A stretch of 64,000 bases of DNA from Prochlorococcus sp. AG-355-B18 (GCA_003280965.1 QCDI01000003.1:84837-148836); one strand, 5' to 3'. Positions 24,594 through 35,421 are shown, numbered from the stretch's first letter. Numbers and translations: made by a program. The notes: generated from the letters alone by a model not told the origin.

Positions 24594-25604
24594 ATTTTTA
24601 TTCATTTCTATGGCAGCTTTTATAGCCTCAATCATGCTTTGGCATTGAGCTATTCCTCGTCCAGCAATATCAAAACCCGTTCCATGATCTGGAGATGTTC
24701 TTATAAAAGGCAAACCTATTGTTGTATTTACTGAGTAATTAAGGGCTATAACTTTCATTGGTATTAGACCCTGATCATGATACATAGCAAGGATGCCGTC
24801 ATGTCTTTCAGCATCTTTGTTTAGCCAAGCTTTTGCCGAAGAATTCCAGCAACTATCTGGTGACAAAGGGCCAAATAATTGAATATCTCTATTTTTTTTA
24901 TTCCAAGCAATCAATGCACTATTGAGCCAATCTTTCTCTTCATTACCCAAAATCCCTTCTTCGCCAGCATGAGGATTTAATCCAGCAACTTTTAAAATAG
25001 GTTTATCAATATAGGTATTACAAAAATTTTTTAAAAGATCTAACTTAGAGTGAACCAATTGTGTAGTCAATTTCTTGGGCACCTCACGAAGTGCTATGTG
25101 AGTTGTAGCTAGTAACGTATTGAATCTCCAGCCTGTAATTGGTGATTTTGCTGTAAATAACATTCCAAAATTTTTTACTCCACATGATTTTGCTAATACT
25201 TCAGTTTGACCAGAGAAATGATGACCTGCTAGTGACCATGATTTCTTACAAATTGGTCCAGTTACCAATGCAGAATTAGGATATTGTTTTACGATTTCAA
25301 TTGCTTTCTTTAAATAAAAAAAACTTGAATTTCCATAACTTGATTTGGATTCATCACTAGATGAAGATATTTCGAGATCATGAATTTTGAGATTTTTAGG
25401 ATTTGCAAGATTTTCGATTCCTAAAGATCTTAATTGTTCATATGTTTTTTGAAGATTTTTTTTGGAACCAACTAATATAAAATCAATATTTTCTGGTATC
25501 TCGTTTGAACAAAGAGCTTTTAAAGTTATTTCAGGTCCAATGCCAGATTCATCTCCAACACTTAGTACTATTTTTAATCTATTATCAGTATTCTGAAAAT
25601 TCAT
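24570..25604 (-). CDS. pdxA: 4-hydroxythreonine-4-phosphate dehydrogenase
   Basis: GIGPEI, GLNPHAGE, MYHDQG, RTSPDHGT. Confidence 0.96.
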   Translation of the reverse strand: MNFQNTDNRLKIVLSVGDESGIGPEITLKALCSNEIPENIDFILVGSKKNLQKTYEQLRSLGIENLANPKNLKIHDLEISSSSDESKSSYGNSSFFYLKKAIEIVKQYPNSALVTGPICKKSWSLAGHHFSGQTEVLAKSCGVKNFGMLFTAKSPITGWRFNTLLATTHIALREVPKKLTTQLVHSKLDLLKNFCNTYIDKPILKVAGLNPHAGEEGILGNEEKDWLNSALIAWNKKNRDIQLFGPLSPDSCWNSSAKAWLNKDAERHDGILAMYHDQGLIPMKVIALNYSVNTTIGLPFIRTSPDHGTGFDIAGRGIAQCQSMIEAIKAAIEMNKNSRLLNTH

Positions 25605-25617
25605 AAATTTTTTTAAT

Positions 25618-26502
25618 TTATTTTTTAAAGTTTAAGAAGCAATTTTTTAAGCCTAATTTATAGTTTTTATAAATTAGTTTATATCCAAGTGTTTCGCATA
25701 AAAGTTTATTAGAAATTCTTCTATTTTCCATCCAAAAAGATTGAGCGATGGGCGATAATTCCTTTTTTGCTTCCTCAAATAATATTGGCTTTGGCATTTT
25801 TAAATCAAGTAAATTATAGCAATATTGAATAACTTCTATTTGAGAACAGGGTTCATCATCTGCAAGGTTAATAATCTGGTGAAACTTTAAAGAATCTTTA
25901 TTTTGTAATAGAAAGATAATTGCATTTGTGATATCAGCAACATGGATTCTCGAAAAAACCTGATTTTTTTTGGAAATAACGCGAATTTTTTTGTTTTTTA
26001 TTGCTTCAAAGGTGGATCTCCCAGGCCCATAAATACCTGGTAACCTGAAAATTTGTACAGGTAAACCCGATTCAATCCATTCTTTTTCGCAATTTAATCT
26101 TCTGTGACTTCTATTTTGAAGAGGGTTGGGTGGGTCAAGCTCAGAAACCCAATCGCCTTTCGTGTCCCCATATACTCCTGTGGTAGATAAATATCCAACC
26201 CATTCAAGGGATAAAATTTTTAGCTTATTTTTAAGACTTTTTAATACTGGATCGTTTCCATTTTTGTCGGGAGGTATGCAACTAAGAATATGAGTGACTC
26301 CATCAAAAAATTTTTCATTTGGAACTTTTCTATTTTCACTGTTAAAAACAAAACTATTTGGATCTTTGTTTTCAGATCTCGAACTTGTTAAAGCAGTACA
26401 GCCTAATTGCCTTATGGTTTTTGCAAAGAAACTACCGCTAAAACCGCTCCCTAAGATTAAAAATTTTTTTTTAATATTCAGTGAACTTGCAGGATTTTTC
26501 AT
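25618..26502 (-). CDS. NAD-dependent epimerase/dehydratase (atypical SDR)
   Basis: ILGSGFSG, YLSTTGVYGD, RLPGIYGPGR, SRIHVADI. Confidence 0.88.
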   Translation of the reverse strand: MKNPASSLNIKKKFLILGSGFSGSFFAKTIRQLGCTALTSSRSENKDPNSFVFNSENRKVPNEKFFDGVTHILSCIPPDKNGNDPVLKSLKNKLKILSLEWVGYLSTTGVYGDTKGDWVSELDPPNPLQNRSHRRLNCEKEWIESGLPVQIFRLPGIYGPGRSTFEAIKNKKIRVISKKNQVFSRIHVADITNAIIFLLQNKDSLKFHQIINLADDEPCSQIEVIQYCYNLLDLKMPKPILFEEAKKELSPIAQSFWMENRRISNKLLCETLGYKLIYKNYKLGLKNCFLNFKK

Positions 26503-26535
26503 GCGATGCTAAAGTAGTACATATGTATTATTTTA

Positions 26536-26766
26536 GTGATGAAGACAACTGTTAAACCTATTTTAAAATCAAAAACTGTTTGCATCAGCAAAAGTTATAC
26601 TCGATTAATAGAAAAAGAAATCAGTTTAGTTAGTTTTAAATTCTACCAAAAATTATTAATTCTCCTCATTTCATTTTCTACATTTTTAATATTCCCAGAT
26701 TCGCCAAGAGAATTGGGAAATATTTGTGAGAGTTATAATTCGAGCAAAATATGTAATGTTTGGTAG
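26536..26766 (+). CDS. Small hypothetical membrane protein
   Basis: 76-aa ORF exactly filling the gap between two genes; one hydrophobic segment; C-terminal C...C.VW. Confidence 0.6.
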   Translation: MMKTTVKPILKSKTVCISKSYTRLIEKEISLVSFKFYQKLLILLISFSTFLIFPDSPRELGNICESYNSSKICNVW

Positions 26767-27168
26767 TTAGGCTGCTTTGTATTTTGATTTATCTGTTTCG
26801 TAATTATTTTTACTTGCCTTAAAATTAGGATTTGCCCACTGCAATAATCTTATAGCTAATCTTAAATCTCCTTCTAACCAGGCTCTTATAGCCATTGCTC
26901 TTCTCGGATCATAAAATTTTTGTCTTCTGTACCAGTACAAAGCATTTGCATCTGATTTATCGCCATTACAAGAAAGACATGCTGGAACGCAGTTTTCCGT
27001 GGTACTCAAGCCACCTTGGCTACGAGGTAAAACATGGTCAATAGATTCAGATGGTTTTCCGCAATATATACAACTTTTTCCCGTAAATCTATGAATTGAT
27101 TTTCGCCATTGTCTTAATCTAAACTTAGGACATAAATCCTCTAAAAACACCGCATCATTGATATGCAT
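26767..27168 (-). CDS. HNH endonuclease family protein
   Basis: CIYCG..SIDHVLPRSQGG..NCVPACLSCN. Confidence 0.9.
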   Translation of the reverse strand: MHINDAVFLEDLCPKFRLRQWRKSIHRFTGKSCIYCGKPSESIDHVLPRSQGGLSTTENCVPACLSCNGDKSDANALYWYRRQKFYDPRRAMAIRAWLEGDLRLAIRLLQWANPNFKASKNNYETDKSKYKAA

Positions 27169-27331
27169 TCAGACTATTTAGTTAAGTAAATAATGGCTTG
27201 AATATGTTAAAAGTCAATGTTGATTTATCGTGTTTTACCTAAAATTTGTCTGTAAAATTTAATTTAGTGTATATAGATACAAAAAAAAATATTGCAGAAC
27301 AATTTAAAATTGAAAAAATTAAAAGGTTAAA

Positions 27332-27784
27332 TTAATAGCTATATCGATCAATGGTTTCATCTGTAAAAACTTCATTAGTTTCTTCTAATTCTTTTTCTAA
27401 TCTTTGTCTTTTCTTTTCTCTATCTTTTGCTTCTTTTTCTTTTCTTTTTTCTTCTTTTTGTAAATCTCTTTCAAGTTTCCTATTTGGATGAAGATTATCT
27501 AAATATTCAACACAATACCTATATTTTTCATTTTCTCTTATGACCGTTTCAGTAATTTGTGATGCAGCTTGTTTAGGTGAGACTTTGAAAAATCCTCCTT
27601 TTTGCTTTTTTATGTAGGTATATGCTGCCTCCCAACTGCTTTCATGATCGTTTCCGCCATCTCTCATGGTACAAAATATTTCTGCTCCAAATGAACTGGC
27701 ATTAACATTTGAATTAGTAAGAAATAATGGAGTAAAAATTCCTACAGTTATTAATATTAGTTTTTTCTGCTTTAATCTTTGCAT
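27332..27784 (-). CDS. Conserved hypothetical exported protein
   Basis: Signal peptide, FCTMRDGGNDHESSW motif, charged coiled-coil tail. Confidence 0.7.
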   Translation of the reverse strand: MQRLKQKKLILITVGIFTPLFLTNSNVNASSFGAEIFCTMRDGGNDHESSWEAAYTYIKKQKGGFFKVSPKQAASQITETVIRENEKYRYCVEYLDNLHPNRKLERDLQKEEKRKEKEAKDREKKRQRLEKELEETNEVFTDETIDRYSY

Positions 27785-27840
27785 TAAATTTTTTGTTCCT
27801 ATTTAAAAATATCTTTTATGGAGAATATGTCTATAGAAGT

Positions 27841-28353
27841 TTAAGATTTTATCACTCCAAATAAGTTCAAACATTTAACAACTAAGGGGAGAATCAGAAG
27901 CACAGTGATCAACCTTACAGCGTGTAGAGTTGCTACTGCTGCGCCTACTCCATATTCAGAACCGACAAGACTCATGCCGCTAATACCACCTGGTGCAGCA
28001 CCTAGGATTGTTGTTATTACATCTATATTTAGTAATCTGCTTGTCCATAATCCAATCGCTAATCCTGTAATTACTAAAGTAAAAGTTATTAGGATAGCTG
28101 GCCTCCATAAGCTTTGAAGGTCAACTAATGAGTCTCTAGTTAAAGATGTGCCAATAACTGTCCCAATCCCAATCTCTAATATTGTTCTTGTCCCAATTGG
28201 CCAATCTGCTATGTCCACTTTGCCACTGATACTTAGGATGCTTGAACCTATTAAGGCTCCAGCAAGAGGAGCTGCGGGTATACCTGTTTTTAGAGCCAAA
28301 GCCCCAAAAATTCCTCCTGCAATTAGATAATAGATGAGATTTATGTTTGGCAT
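27841..28353 (-). CDS. AbrB-family (AidB regulator-like) membrane protein
   Basis: Multiple TM segments with GAAPGG..M motif. Confidence 0.8.
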   Translation of the reverse strand: MPNINLIYYLIAGGIFGALALKTGIPAAPLAGALIGSSILSISGKVDIADWPIGTRTILEIGIGTVIGTSLTRDSLVDLQSLWRPAILITFTLVITGLAIGLWTSRLLNIDVITTILGAAPGGISGMSLVGSEYGVGAAVATLHAVRLITVLLILPLVVKCLNLFGVIKS

Positions 28354-28486
28354 AAATTTTAGAGATGTTTGGACATAATATTAGAAAGATTTTTTTTTTC
28401 TTGGGTTTATATTCAAATTATATTTTTGTTTTTCTCTCATAATGTCCCCATTTTTTGGCATAATATTAAACAAAGCATGAATTTTT

Positions 28487-28684
28487 ATGTCTTCACAAGT
28501 TTCATTAAAATCTAATAAAAACCTTATAAAGAAAAAGTTATCCTTTTTTGAGGGTGGTCATCAGCTTGAAAAATTAGAGTTTGCTCTAGCAATAGCTCAA
28601 ACTAAGGGAGATGAAAAAAAATCAATCACTCTTAGAAAAAAGATTGTTGAATTAGGTGGAAATGTTGAAGAGCCAGGGACTTAA
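28487..28684 (+). CDS. Small conserved hypothetical protein
   Basis: 65-aa ORF, FEGGHQLEKLEFALA...LGGNVEEPGT. Confidence 0.7.
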   Translation: MSSQVSLKSNKNLIKKKLSFFEGGHQLEKLEFALAIAQTKGDEKKSITLRKKIVELGGNVEEPGT

Positions 28685-28691
28685 ATTAATT

Positions 28692-29849
28692 TTATTCAAG
28701 ATATTTAGATGCTATTACTAATGCTTCGCCAGCTTGTTGAGCATTTATTTTTCCTAAATCAAGGAGTGTATTACTAATAGCAGAAATTACTGTAATTATA
28801 TCTCTGTCATTTACATAACCTAAGTGGCCGACTCTAAATATTTTTCCTTTTAAATGATCTTGTCCACCTGCAAGTAAGATATCAAACTTATTTTTTATAG
28901 TTTTTCTGAATTCTTCAGCATCTATTCCTCCAGTCTCTATTGCCGTAATTGAAGGGCTTAGATACTTTTCATCTGCAAACAATTTTAGATTTAAAGCTTT
29001 TGCAGCACTGCTCATCGCTAATTTATGTTTTTCATGTCTAAGGAAAATATTTTCTAATCCTTCTTCTCGCATCATTTTTAAAGATTCATCTAAAGCAAAA
29101 ACCAAATTTACTGCGGGAGTATATGGGTTACTGTTACTCAAAAGACTTTTTTTGTAGGATTTTAAATTTAAATAAAATTTTGGTAAATTAGATTTTTCTG
29201 TAGCTTCCCATGCTTTTTGACTCATCGATATAAAGCTGAGTCCTGGCGGTATCATATATCCTTTTTGTGATCCTGAAGCAACGATATCTAATTGCCATTC
29301 ATCTACCGGTACATTACAAGCTCCAAGACTTGTGACGCAGTCAACAATAGACAATGCTTTTTTATGTTCACGTATATATGAACTGATAGATTTGAGATCA
29401 TTTATGGTACCTGTTGAAGTTTCAGAATGAGTCAAAATTACTGCTTTTATTTCTTTTTTTTGATCTTCTTCTAATATTTTTTTAAATTCTTCTGGATTAA
29501 GAGGAGTCCCCCATTCGGAGTCAATTTTTATGACTTCTAGCCCAAATTCTTTAGCAACTTTTACCCATCTTTCACCAAATTTTCCATTTTCCCCACAGAT
29601 AACTTTATCACCTTTACTTAAAGTATTTATTATTCCAGCTTCCATTGCGGCAGTTCCACTACCAGTAATTGTTAGAACTTCATTTTGAGTTTGATGAAGC
29701 CATTGTAAATTTTTCGTAGTACTTTCTACGAGATCTTGGAATTCTTTGCTGCGATGTCCTATTGGATGCTTACTTAATGCTTGTAAAACTTTTTCTGGAA
29801 CTGGTGTCGGTCCAGGAATCATCAATGATAATTTTTGTTGTATGGCCAC
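28692..29849 (-). CDS. Class V PLP-dependent aminotransferase (alanine/serine-glyoxylate type; often annotated soluble hydrogenase small subunit)
   Basis: MIPGPTPVP, GSGTAAME, HSETSTG, SGSQKG, FRVGHLG. Confidence 0.92.
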   Translation of the reverse strand: MAIQQKLSLMIPGPTPVPEKVLQALSKHPIGHRSKEFQDLVESTTKNLQWLHQTQNEVLTITGSGTAAMEAGIINTLSKGDKVICGENGKFGERWVKVAKEFGLEVIKIDSEWGTPLNPEEFKKILEEDQKKEIKAVILTHSETSTGTINDLKSISSYIREHKKALSIVDCVTSLGACNVPVDEWQLDIVASGSQKGYMIPPGLSFISMSQKAWEATEKSNLPKFYLNLKSYKKSLLSNSNPYTPAVNLVFALDESLKMMREEGLENIFLRHEKHKLAMSSAAKALNLKLFADEKYLSPSITAIETGGIDAEEFRKTIKNKFDILLAGGQDHLKGKIFRVGHLGYVNDRDIITVISAISNTLLDLGKINAQQAGEALVIASKYLE

Positions 29850-29909
29850 TTTTTGTTAAATAGGTCATTCTTAGATTAGTTCTCATTATATATTTTTCAA
29901 TTACTTGAT

Positions 29910-31028
29910 TTGAAAAAAGGATTTTCTTTACCTTTGTGGGTTGCAGGAGCCGCTAGGTCGGCATTAAAAAAACTTGTAGGTTTGCCATTTGATAATTATG
30001 AAATACTAAAAATTCCTAATGAAAAAAAAGAAGTAAAACTCAAGATTCATTCAGTTGGTTTACTTAAAGGTGATTCGCATTCATTAGGAATTTCCTTTGC
30101 AAACTCTGGCCTAGATCTTGACATAACACAAAACTTAGAAATATGGACAATAGTTTCCTTAGAAAAAATCCCCTTAGATAATACTTCTCCAACAAATCCA
30201 ATCAATATTATTCCAGGATCTGGTGTAGGTATCTATGAGAATACATCAGCTATATGTATTTCTGATTTTGCTGAAAAAGTTTTATATGAAAATTTATTCG
30301 ATATCATTCCGAAAGGTTTTATTTTGAATTTAGAAATTGTTTTTCCAAATGGGGAGTTTTTAGCAGAAAGAACTAGTAATAAGTCTTTTGGTATTGTTGA
30401 TGGATTATCTATTATTGGAACTTCTGCAGAAACTTATTCGAGTGCTTCACCTGATCAATTAGAGGAAGCGAAAGTAAAGCTAGCGAATCTGACTAAAAAT
30501 GATTTTAAAGGGAAAGTTGTCTTTGTTATTGGTGAAAATGGTTTAAATTTGGCAAAAACTTCTAATGTTAAGTTGCCAATTATAAAAGTTGGTAATTGGA
30601 TAGGACCCCTAATAGTTGATGCTGCAATAAAAAATGTTAAAACTGTAATTCTTTTTGGTTATCATGGAAAATTAATTAAATTAGCAGGCGGAATTTTTCA
30701 TACACATAATCATTTAGCCGATGGAAGGATAGAAATTCTCGTTTATTTAGCCGTTAAAGAAAAAGTACCATCTGAAATAATATTTAAATTATCTAAATTA
30801 AAAACTCTGGAAGATGCCTTATTATTTCTTGAAAGATTTAATAAATCTATAGCCGAGAAATTATTCCAAAATTTATCAAATACTATTGAAAAACGCTCTT
30901 ATGATTATGTTAATAGGTATGTAAAAACCGATATGGAAATCGCATCAATTATTTTTGACAAAAAAAGGAAAGTAAGGTGGTCAGGAACTAAGGGAAATAA
31001 TTATATCTCTTATTTTCAAGGAGATTAA
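29910..31028 (+). CDS. cbiD: Cobalt-precorrin-5B C1-methyltransferase
   Basis: LAERTSN..FGIVDGLSIIGT, GYHGKLIKLAGGIFHTH. Confidence 0.93.
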   Translation: MKKGFSLPLWVAGAARSALKKLVGLPFDNYEILKIPNEKKEVKLKIHSVGLLKGDSHSLGISFANSGLDLDITQNLEIWTIVSLEKIPLDNTSPTNPINIIPGSGVGIYENTSAICISDFAEKVLYENLFDIIPKGFILNLEIVFPNGEFLAERTSNKSFGIVDGLSIIGTSAETYSSASPDQLEEAKVKLANLTKNDFKGKVVFVIGENGLNLAKTSNVKLPIIKVGNWIGPLIVDAAIKNVKTVILFGYHGKLIKLAGGIFHTHNHLADGRIEILVYLAVKEKVPSEIIFKLSKLKTLEDALLFLERFNKSIAEKLFQNLSNTIEKRSYDYVNRYVKTDMEIASIIFDKKRKVRWSGTKGNNYISYFQGD

Positions 31029-31076
31029 TTTTTGATTGATTATGCTTTTGTAAATAAATTGAGCTAACTTTTAAAC

Positions 31077-32663
31077 ATGAGTCAAACATCTTTAAAAAAA
31101 GAACGAGATCCCTCAATATTAATTTTAGATTTTGGATCTCAATATTCTGAATTGATTGCAAGAAGAATAAGAGAAACTAATGTTTTTTCTCTTGTAGTAA
31201 GTAACTGTATTTCAATTGAGGACATTCTTAAAATTAATCCTAAAGGGATAATTTTAAGTGGGGGCCCAAATTCTGTATATGACCAAAATTCTCCTAAATG
31301 CGATGAAAAAATTTTTGATTTAGGAATTCCTATTCTTGGTATATGCTACGGAATGCAATTAATGGTTAAAGAACTTGGAGGCTCTGTCTCTTCAGCCACA
31401 AAAAAAGCTGAATATGGGAGGGCACCAATAAATATAGATTCAGAGTGTGACCTATTCTGCGATGTAGAAGATAAATCAATAATGTGGATGAGTCATGGTG
31501 ATTCAATTAATTGTTTGCCGGATGGATTTAATAAAATTGCTCATACAGAGAACACACTCCATGCTGCGATTGCAAATGATAGAAAAAAATTATTTGGCGT
31601 ACAATTTCATCCTGAAGTTATTCATTCAGAGTATGGGATGACGGTAATTAAAAATTTTGTTTATAAAATCTCAACTTGTGTTGCTGATTGGACAACAGAA
31701 ACCTTTTTAGAAGAAACAATTCCCAGGATAAAAGAACAAGTTGGCAATAAGAAAGTTTTGCTTGCCTTGTCAGGCGGAGTTGATTCTTCAACTCTTGCTT
31801 TTTTACTTAATGAAGCAGTTGGAAATCAGCTTACATGCATGTTTATTGACCAAGGCTTCATGAGAAAAGGTGAACCAGAATTTTTGATGAACTTTTTTGA
31901 CAAGAAGTTTCATATAAAGGTTGAATATATTAATGCTAGGGAAAGGTTTATTGCCAAATTAAGGGGGATTACTGATCCAGAACAGAAAAGGAAAATTATT
32001 GGTGAAGAATTTATAAGAGTATTTGAAGAAGAAAGTAATAGATTAGGACCTTTTCATTACCTAGCGCAAGGCACTCTTTATCCTGATGTTATTGAAAGTG
32101 CTGGTACTAATATTGATCCCAAAACGGGAGAAAGAATAGCTGTAAAAATAAAGAGTCATCATAATGTGGGGGGATTACCAAAAGATTTGCAATTTAAATT
32201 AGTTGAGCCATTAAGAAAACTTTTTAAGGACGAAGTCCGAAAATTAGGAGCTGCATTAGGTTTGCCAGATGAAATTATAAAAAGACATCCATTCCCAGGA
32301 CCAGGGTTAGCGATAAGAATTTTGGGAGAAGTGACTAATGAAAAACTCGATTGTTTAAGAGATGCAGATTTGATTGTGAGAGAGGAAATAAAAAAAGCTG
32401 GTCTTTATGATGATATTTGGCAAGCATTTGCAGTTTTGCTACCGGTTAAAACTGTAGGAGTTATGGGTGATAAAAGAACTTATTCATGGCCAATTGTTTT
32501 ACGTTGTGTATCTAGTGAAGATGGTATGACAGCAGATTGGTCAAAAATTCCCTTTCAGGTTTTGGAGAGAATTTCAAATAGAATAGTAAATGAAGTAATT
32601 TTAGTAAATAGAGTTGTTTTTGATATTACAAGCAAACCTCCTGGAACTATTGAGTGGGAGTAA
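31077..32663 (+). CDS. guaA: GMP synthase (glutamine-hydrolysing)
   Basis: [28 protein letters not shown]-terminal KPPGTIEWE. Confidence 0.98.
   Translation: MSQTSLKKERDPSILILDFGSQYSELIARRIRETNVFSLVVSNCISIEDILKINPKGIILSGGPNSVYDQNSPKCDEKIFDLGIPILGICYGMQLMVKELGGSVSSATKKAEYGRAPINIDSECDLFCDVEDKSIMWMSHGDSINCLPDGFNKIAHTENTLHAAIANDRKKLFGVQFHPEVIHSEYGMTVIKNFVYKISTCVADWTTETFLEETIPRIKEQVGNKKVLLALSGGVDSSTLAFLLNEAVGNQLTCMFIDQGFMRKGEPEFLMNFFDKKFHIKVEYINARERFIAKLRGITDPEQKRKIIGEEFIRVFEEESNRLGPFHYLAQGTLYPDVIESAGTNIDPKTGERIAVKIKSHHNVGGLPKDLQFKLVEPLRKLFKDEVRKLGAALGLPDEIIKRHPFPGPGLAIRILGEVTNEKLDCLRDADLIVREEIKKAGLYDDIWQAFAVLLPVKTVGVMGDKRTYSWPIVLRCVSSEDGMTADWSKIPFQVLERISNRIVNEVILVNRVVFDITSKPPGTIEWE
32643..32663 (+). 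repeat. attL-like direct repeat (3' end of guaA)
   Basis: GGAACTATTGAGTGGGAGTAA; recurs at 39103-39123 with one mismatch (18 bp perfect). Confidence 0.92.
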
Positions 32664-32699
32664 AAAAATTAGCTAAAACCTTGTTATAGTCTAAAAAAA

Positions 32700-32784
32700 T
32701 AGGTTTCACGTAGGTTTCACGTGGAATATTGGTAACCTATTTGCAACGCTTTTTGATGGCTAGGTTTCACGTAGGTTTCACGTG
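32700..32784 (+). repeat. Two pairs of 11-bp tandem repeats (TAGGTTTCACG), putative integrase arm-type sites
   Basis: Perfect copies at 32700, 32711, 32761, 32772; pairs 61 bp apart; function inferred. Confidence 0.85.
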
Positions 32785-32930
32785 ACGCTATAAGCACTTC
32801 TCTACAGAGAAATCAAGGAATGAATTTTTCTCTACACTTTTATTTCTCTGAAAGTACCGAAATATAATGTAAAAAAAACTTCTTTATTAGTAATATAGTT
32901 TCTAAAGACGGTACATAGCCAATTTTACCG

Positions 32931-35420
32931 ATGCTCGATAAAGAATGTATTAGGTCAATAAAGCGTTTTCAAGATCCTTTTATTCGTAGTTTCATTTTTG
33001 ATTCGAATTCTTGGTATGAGTTTGCAAGTAAAGTCAATCAACTTGGTAATGGAAGAGAACAAAATAAAACAAAAGGAGATATCTTTGAATTATTTACTTG
33101 TTTATATCTTGCATCAGATCCAATTTTTTCATCCAAACTGGAAAGTATTTGGCATCATTCAAATGTTCCATATCCCATAGTTGAAAAACTTGATTTACAA
33201 CTTCCTGAAATTGGAATTGATTTAATTACAAAATCAAAAGATGGAGATATTTGGGCGTTTCAATGTAAATATCATTCTGATATTAGTAAAAATGTTTCAT
33301 ACGAGGAGGTCTCCACTTTTTTCTCAATTACAAATAGACCTCAAACATTTAATAATATTACTCATAGGATAATTTGTTCTTCAACATACGAGGTTAGTAA
33401 AAAAATAAGAAATGCTGAAAAAAATAAACTAGGTTATTTAACTTTTTGTGAATTTAGTCAACTTGGTAAAGAAGAGTTCTATGGTTTTCATTCCCTTTTG
33501 AAAAATGAAAAGATTAGTCTTGAGAGTTATGAACCAAGAAATCATCAGATAAATGCTATTGAAAAATCAATAAGATATTTTTCTACTGAATCAAGGGGTA
33601 AATTAGTTCATCCTTGTGGTGCTGGCAAAAGTTTAACTGGGTACTGGATATTTCGACATTTAAGCGTAAATAACACATTGATTGTTGTTCCTAGTCTTCA
33701 ATTAGTCAGACAGACTCTAAAAGCATGGGCAAGAGAATTATTGTGTGATGGTGTAGAAATCGATTGGATAGCGATATGTAGCGACGACGATGTTAGAAAT
33801 GTAGATGATCCGGCGATGAATATTTCAGATATAGGAATTGAAGTTAATACAGATGTAGAGGTTATAAGTAAATTTTTAACAAAAAAAACTAATAATAAAA
33901 AAATCGTAATTACCACATATCAAAGTGGAAAAGCGTTAATCAATGCAGCACAATTCACTAATTTCAATTTTGAACTAGGAATTTTTGATGAAGCTCATAA
34001 AACTGCAGGAAATAAAAATAAGCTCTTTGCTCAACTTCTTTATGATGAAAATATTTTTATAAAGAAAAGATTATTTATGACAGCTACTGAGAGGGTATTT
34101 AGAGGTGATTCAGATGAAACTATATCTATGGATGATGAAGTTATTTATGGAAGAATAGTTGATGAATTTTCTTTTAAATCTGCTCTAGAGCAGAAACCAA
34201 AAATTCTTTCTGATTATCAAATATCAACGACAGCTACATTTAAAAATGAAATTAAAGAATTGATAGAAAATAATGAACTTCTGAAAGCAGGAAATAAACA
34301 ATGGACATTTGAGGCAGATGCATCAACTTTTGCAGCTTTAATTACATTAAGAAAAGCAGTTCAGGAATTAAAAGTAAAACATGTAATTTCATTTCATCGA
34401 AGTATTTCAAGAGCTAGAGAATTTCAACAATTAAATGATGCAGTCAATAATTTTGGTACTAAATTTGGGTATATTCATTCTTATCATATTAATGGAAAAA
34501 AAGGCACAGGAAAAAGGTCTGAAATAATTAATAGATTTATTTCTGAAGAACCAAGTTTAATTACTAATGCTCGATGTTTGACGGAAGGAGTTGATATTCC
34601 TGAAGTCGATGCAGTTCTTTTTGCTGATCCAAAGGATAGTACAGTTGATATTGTACAGGCGGCAGGAAGAGCAATGAGAGTAAGTGATAATAAGGAATTA
34701 GGTTATATTCTTTTACCTGTGATGCTTGATGAAGAAGAAAATAATTCAATCGAGGATAGTGCCTTTAAACAAATTATTAAGGTGGTTTCAGCTTTAGGTA
34801 TGAGCGATGAAAGGATTGTTGCAGAATTTCAAGAAATTGCTCAAGGTAATAATCCAACAGGGAGAAGAATTGTTGATATTGAGGAAGTTTTTAGTTCAAT
34901 AAATTTAGAAAGCTTGTATTCGAATATAAACTTTAGAATTTGGAACAGATTGAGTTTCGCATCGAAATTTATAAATTTAAATCAAGAGATATTAATTGCT
35001 GAAATAGGAAAATCTGGTGATAGATGGAAGCAAGCTAATTTTCCACTCAAAATATGGGAAAATTACTTTGGAGGAGATTTAAAACTTGAGAAATATATCC
35101 ACTTGTATGAAGTCAATAGAAACGGTTCTCTCAACAAAAAAGTCAGTACAAAGATAGTAAAGGTTAAAAGTCAAAACTATAGAGTTGAATTAGGAGCAGT
35201 TGCAGGAATTAATTATCCTGATTCAGGTAGACCTATAGGTATCTTTAAAAAAATTTCCCAAAGTGAATTTAGATATCATATATTTATGCCAGACGATCCC
35301 ATGCATCCAAATTTACTTGGTTATTTAAATATTAGGGGTAAAGGTTATGCGACATCTCTTAAAGGAGCTTTAGTTTTTTTAAATCAACTTGAATCACTTT
35401 GGCCAGATTGTCCTGTTTAG
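32931..35420 (+). CDS. Mrr-like nuclease + SF2 (DEAH) helicase fusion with unrecognised C-terminal domain; restriction subunit-like
   Basis: N-terminal GDIFE...GIDL...QCKY; helicase motifs PCGAGKS, DEAH, TAT, LTEGVDIP, QAAGRAMR; no MTase motifs. Confidence 0.88.
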   Translation: MLDKECIRSIKRFQDPFIRSFIFDSNSWYEFASKVNQLGNGREQNKTKGDIFELFTCLYLASDPIFSSKLESIWHHSNVPYPIVEKLDLQLPEIGIDLITKSKDGDIWAFQCKYHSDISKNVSYEEVSTFFSITNRPQTFNNITHRIICSSTYEVSKKIRNAEKNKLGYLTFCEFSQLGKEEFYGFHSLLKNEKISLESYEPRNHQINAIEKSIRYFSTESRGKLVHPCGAGKSLTGYWIFRHLSVNNTLIVVPSLQLVRQTLKAWARELLCDGVEIDWIAICSDDDVRNVDDPAMNISDIGIEVNTDVEVISKFLTKKTNNKKIVITTYQSGKALINAAQFTNFNFELGIFDEAHKTAGNKNKLFAQLLYDENIFIKKRLFMTATERVFRGDSDETISMDDEVIYGRIVDEFSFKSALEQKPKILSDYQISTTATFKNEIKELIENNELLKAGNKQWTFEADASTFAALITLRKAVQELKVKHVISFHRSISRAREFQQLNDAVNNFGTKFGYIHSYHINGKKGTGKRSEIINRFISEEPSLITNARCLTEGVDIPEVDAVLFADPKDSTVDIVQAAGRAMRVSDNKELGYILLPVMLDEEENNSIEDSAFKQIIKVVSALGMSDERIVAEFQEIAQGNNPTGRRIVDIEEVFSSINLESLYSNINFRIWNRLSFASKFINLNQEILIAEIGKSGDRWKQANFPLKIWENYFGGDLKLEKYIHLYEVNRNGSLNKKVSTKIVKVKSQNYRVELGAVAGINYPDSGRPIGIFKKISQSEFRYHIFMPDDPMHPNLLGYLNIRGKGYATSLKGALVFLNQLESLWPDCPV

Positions 35421-35421
35421 G

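Noticed and set aside
26767..27168. HNH endonuclease as a homing or mobile element
   Set aside because: No intron, intein, flanking repeats or mobile neighbours; sits among ordinary housekeeping and hypothetical genes
27268..27281. TGTATATAGATACA palindrome as an NtcA site
   Set aside because: GTA-TAC spacing is 6 nt, not the canonical 8
32700..32784. Repeat-spacer-repeat pattern (24 bp + 37 bp + 24 bp) resembling a mini CRISPR array, with a Cas4-like gene 6 kb away
   Set aside because: Only two units, each itself an 11-bp tandem; same motif recurs at the other island end; no cas1/cas2; better explained as recombination arm sites
32798..32811. TTCTCT-AC-AGAGAA palindrome upstream of the helicase
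   Set aside because: Short with a 2-nt loop and no U-tract; not supportable as terminator or operator
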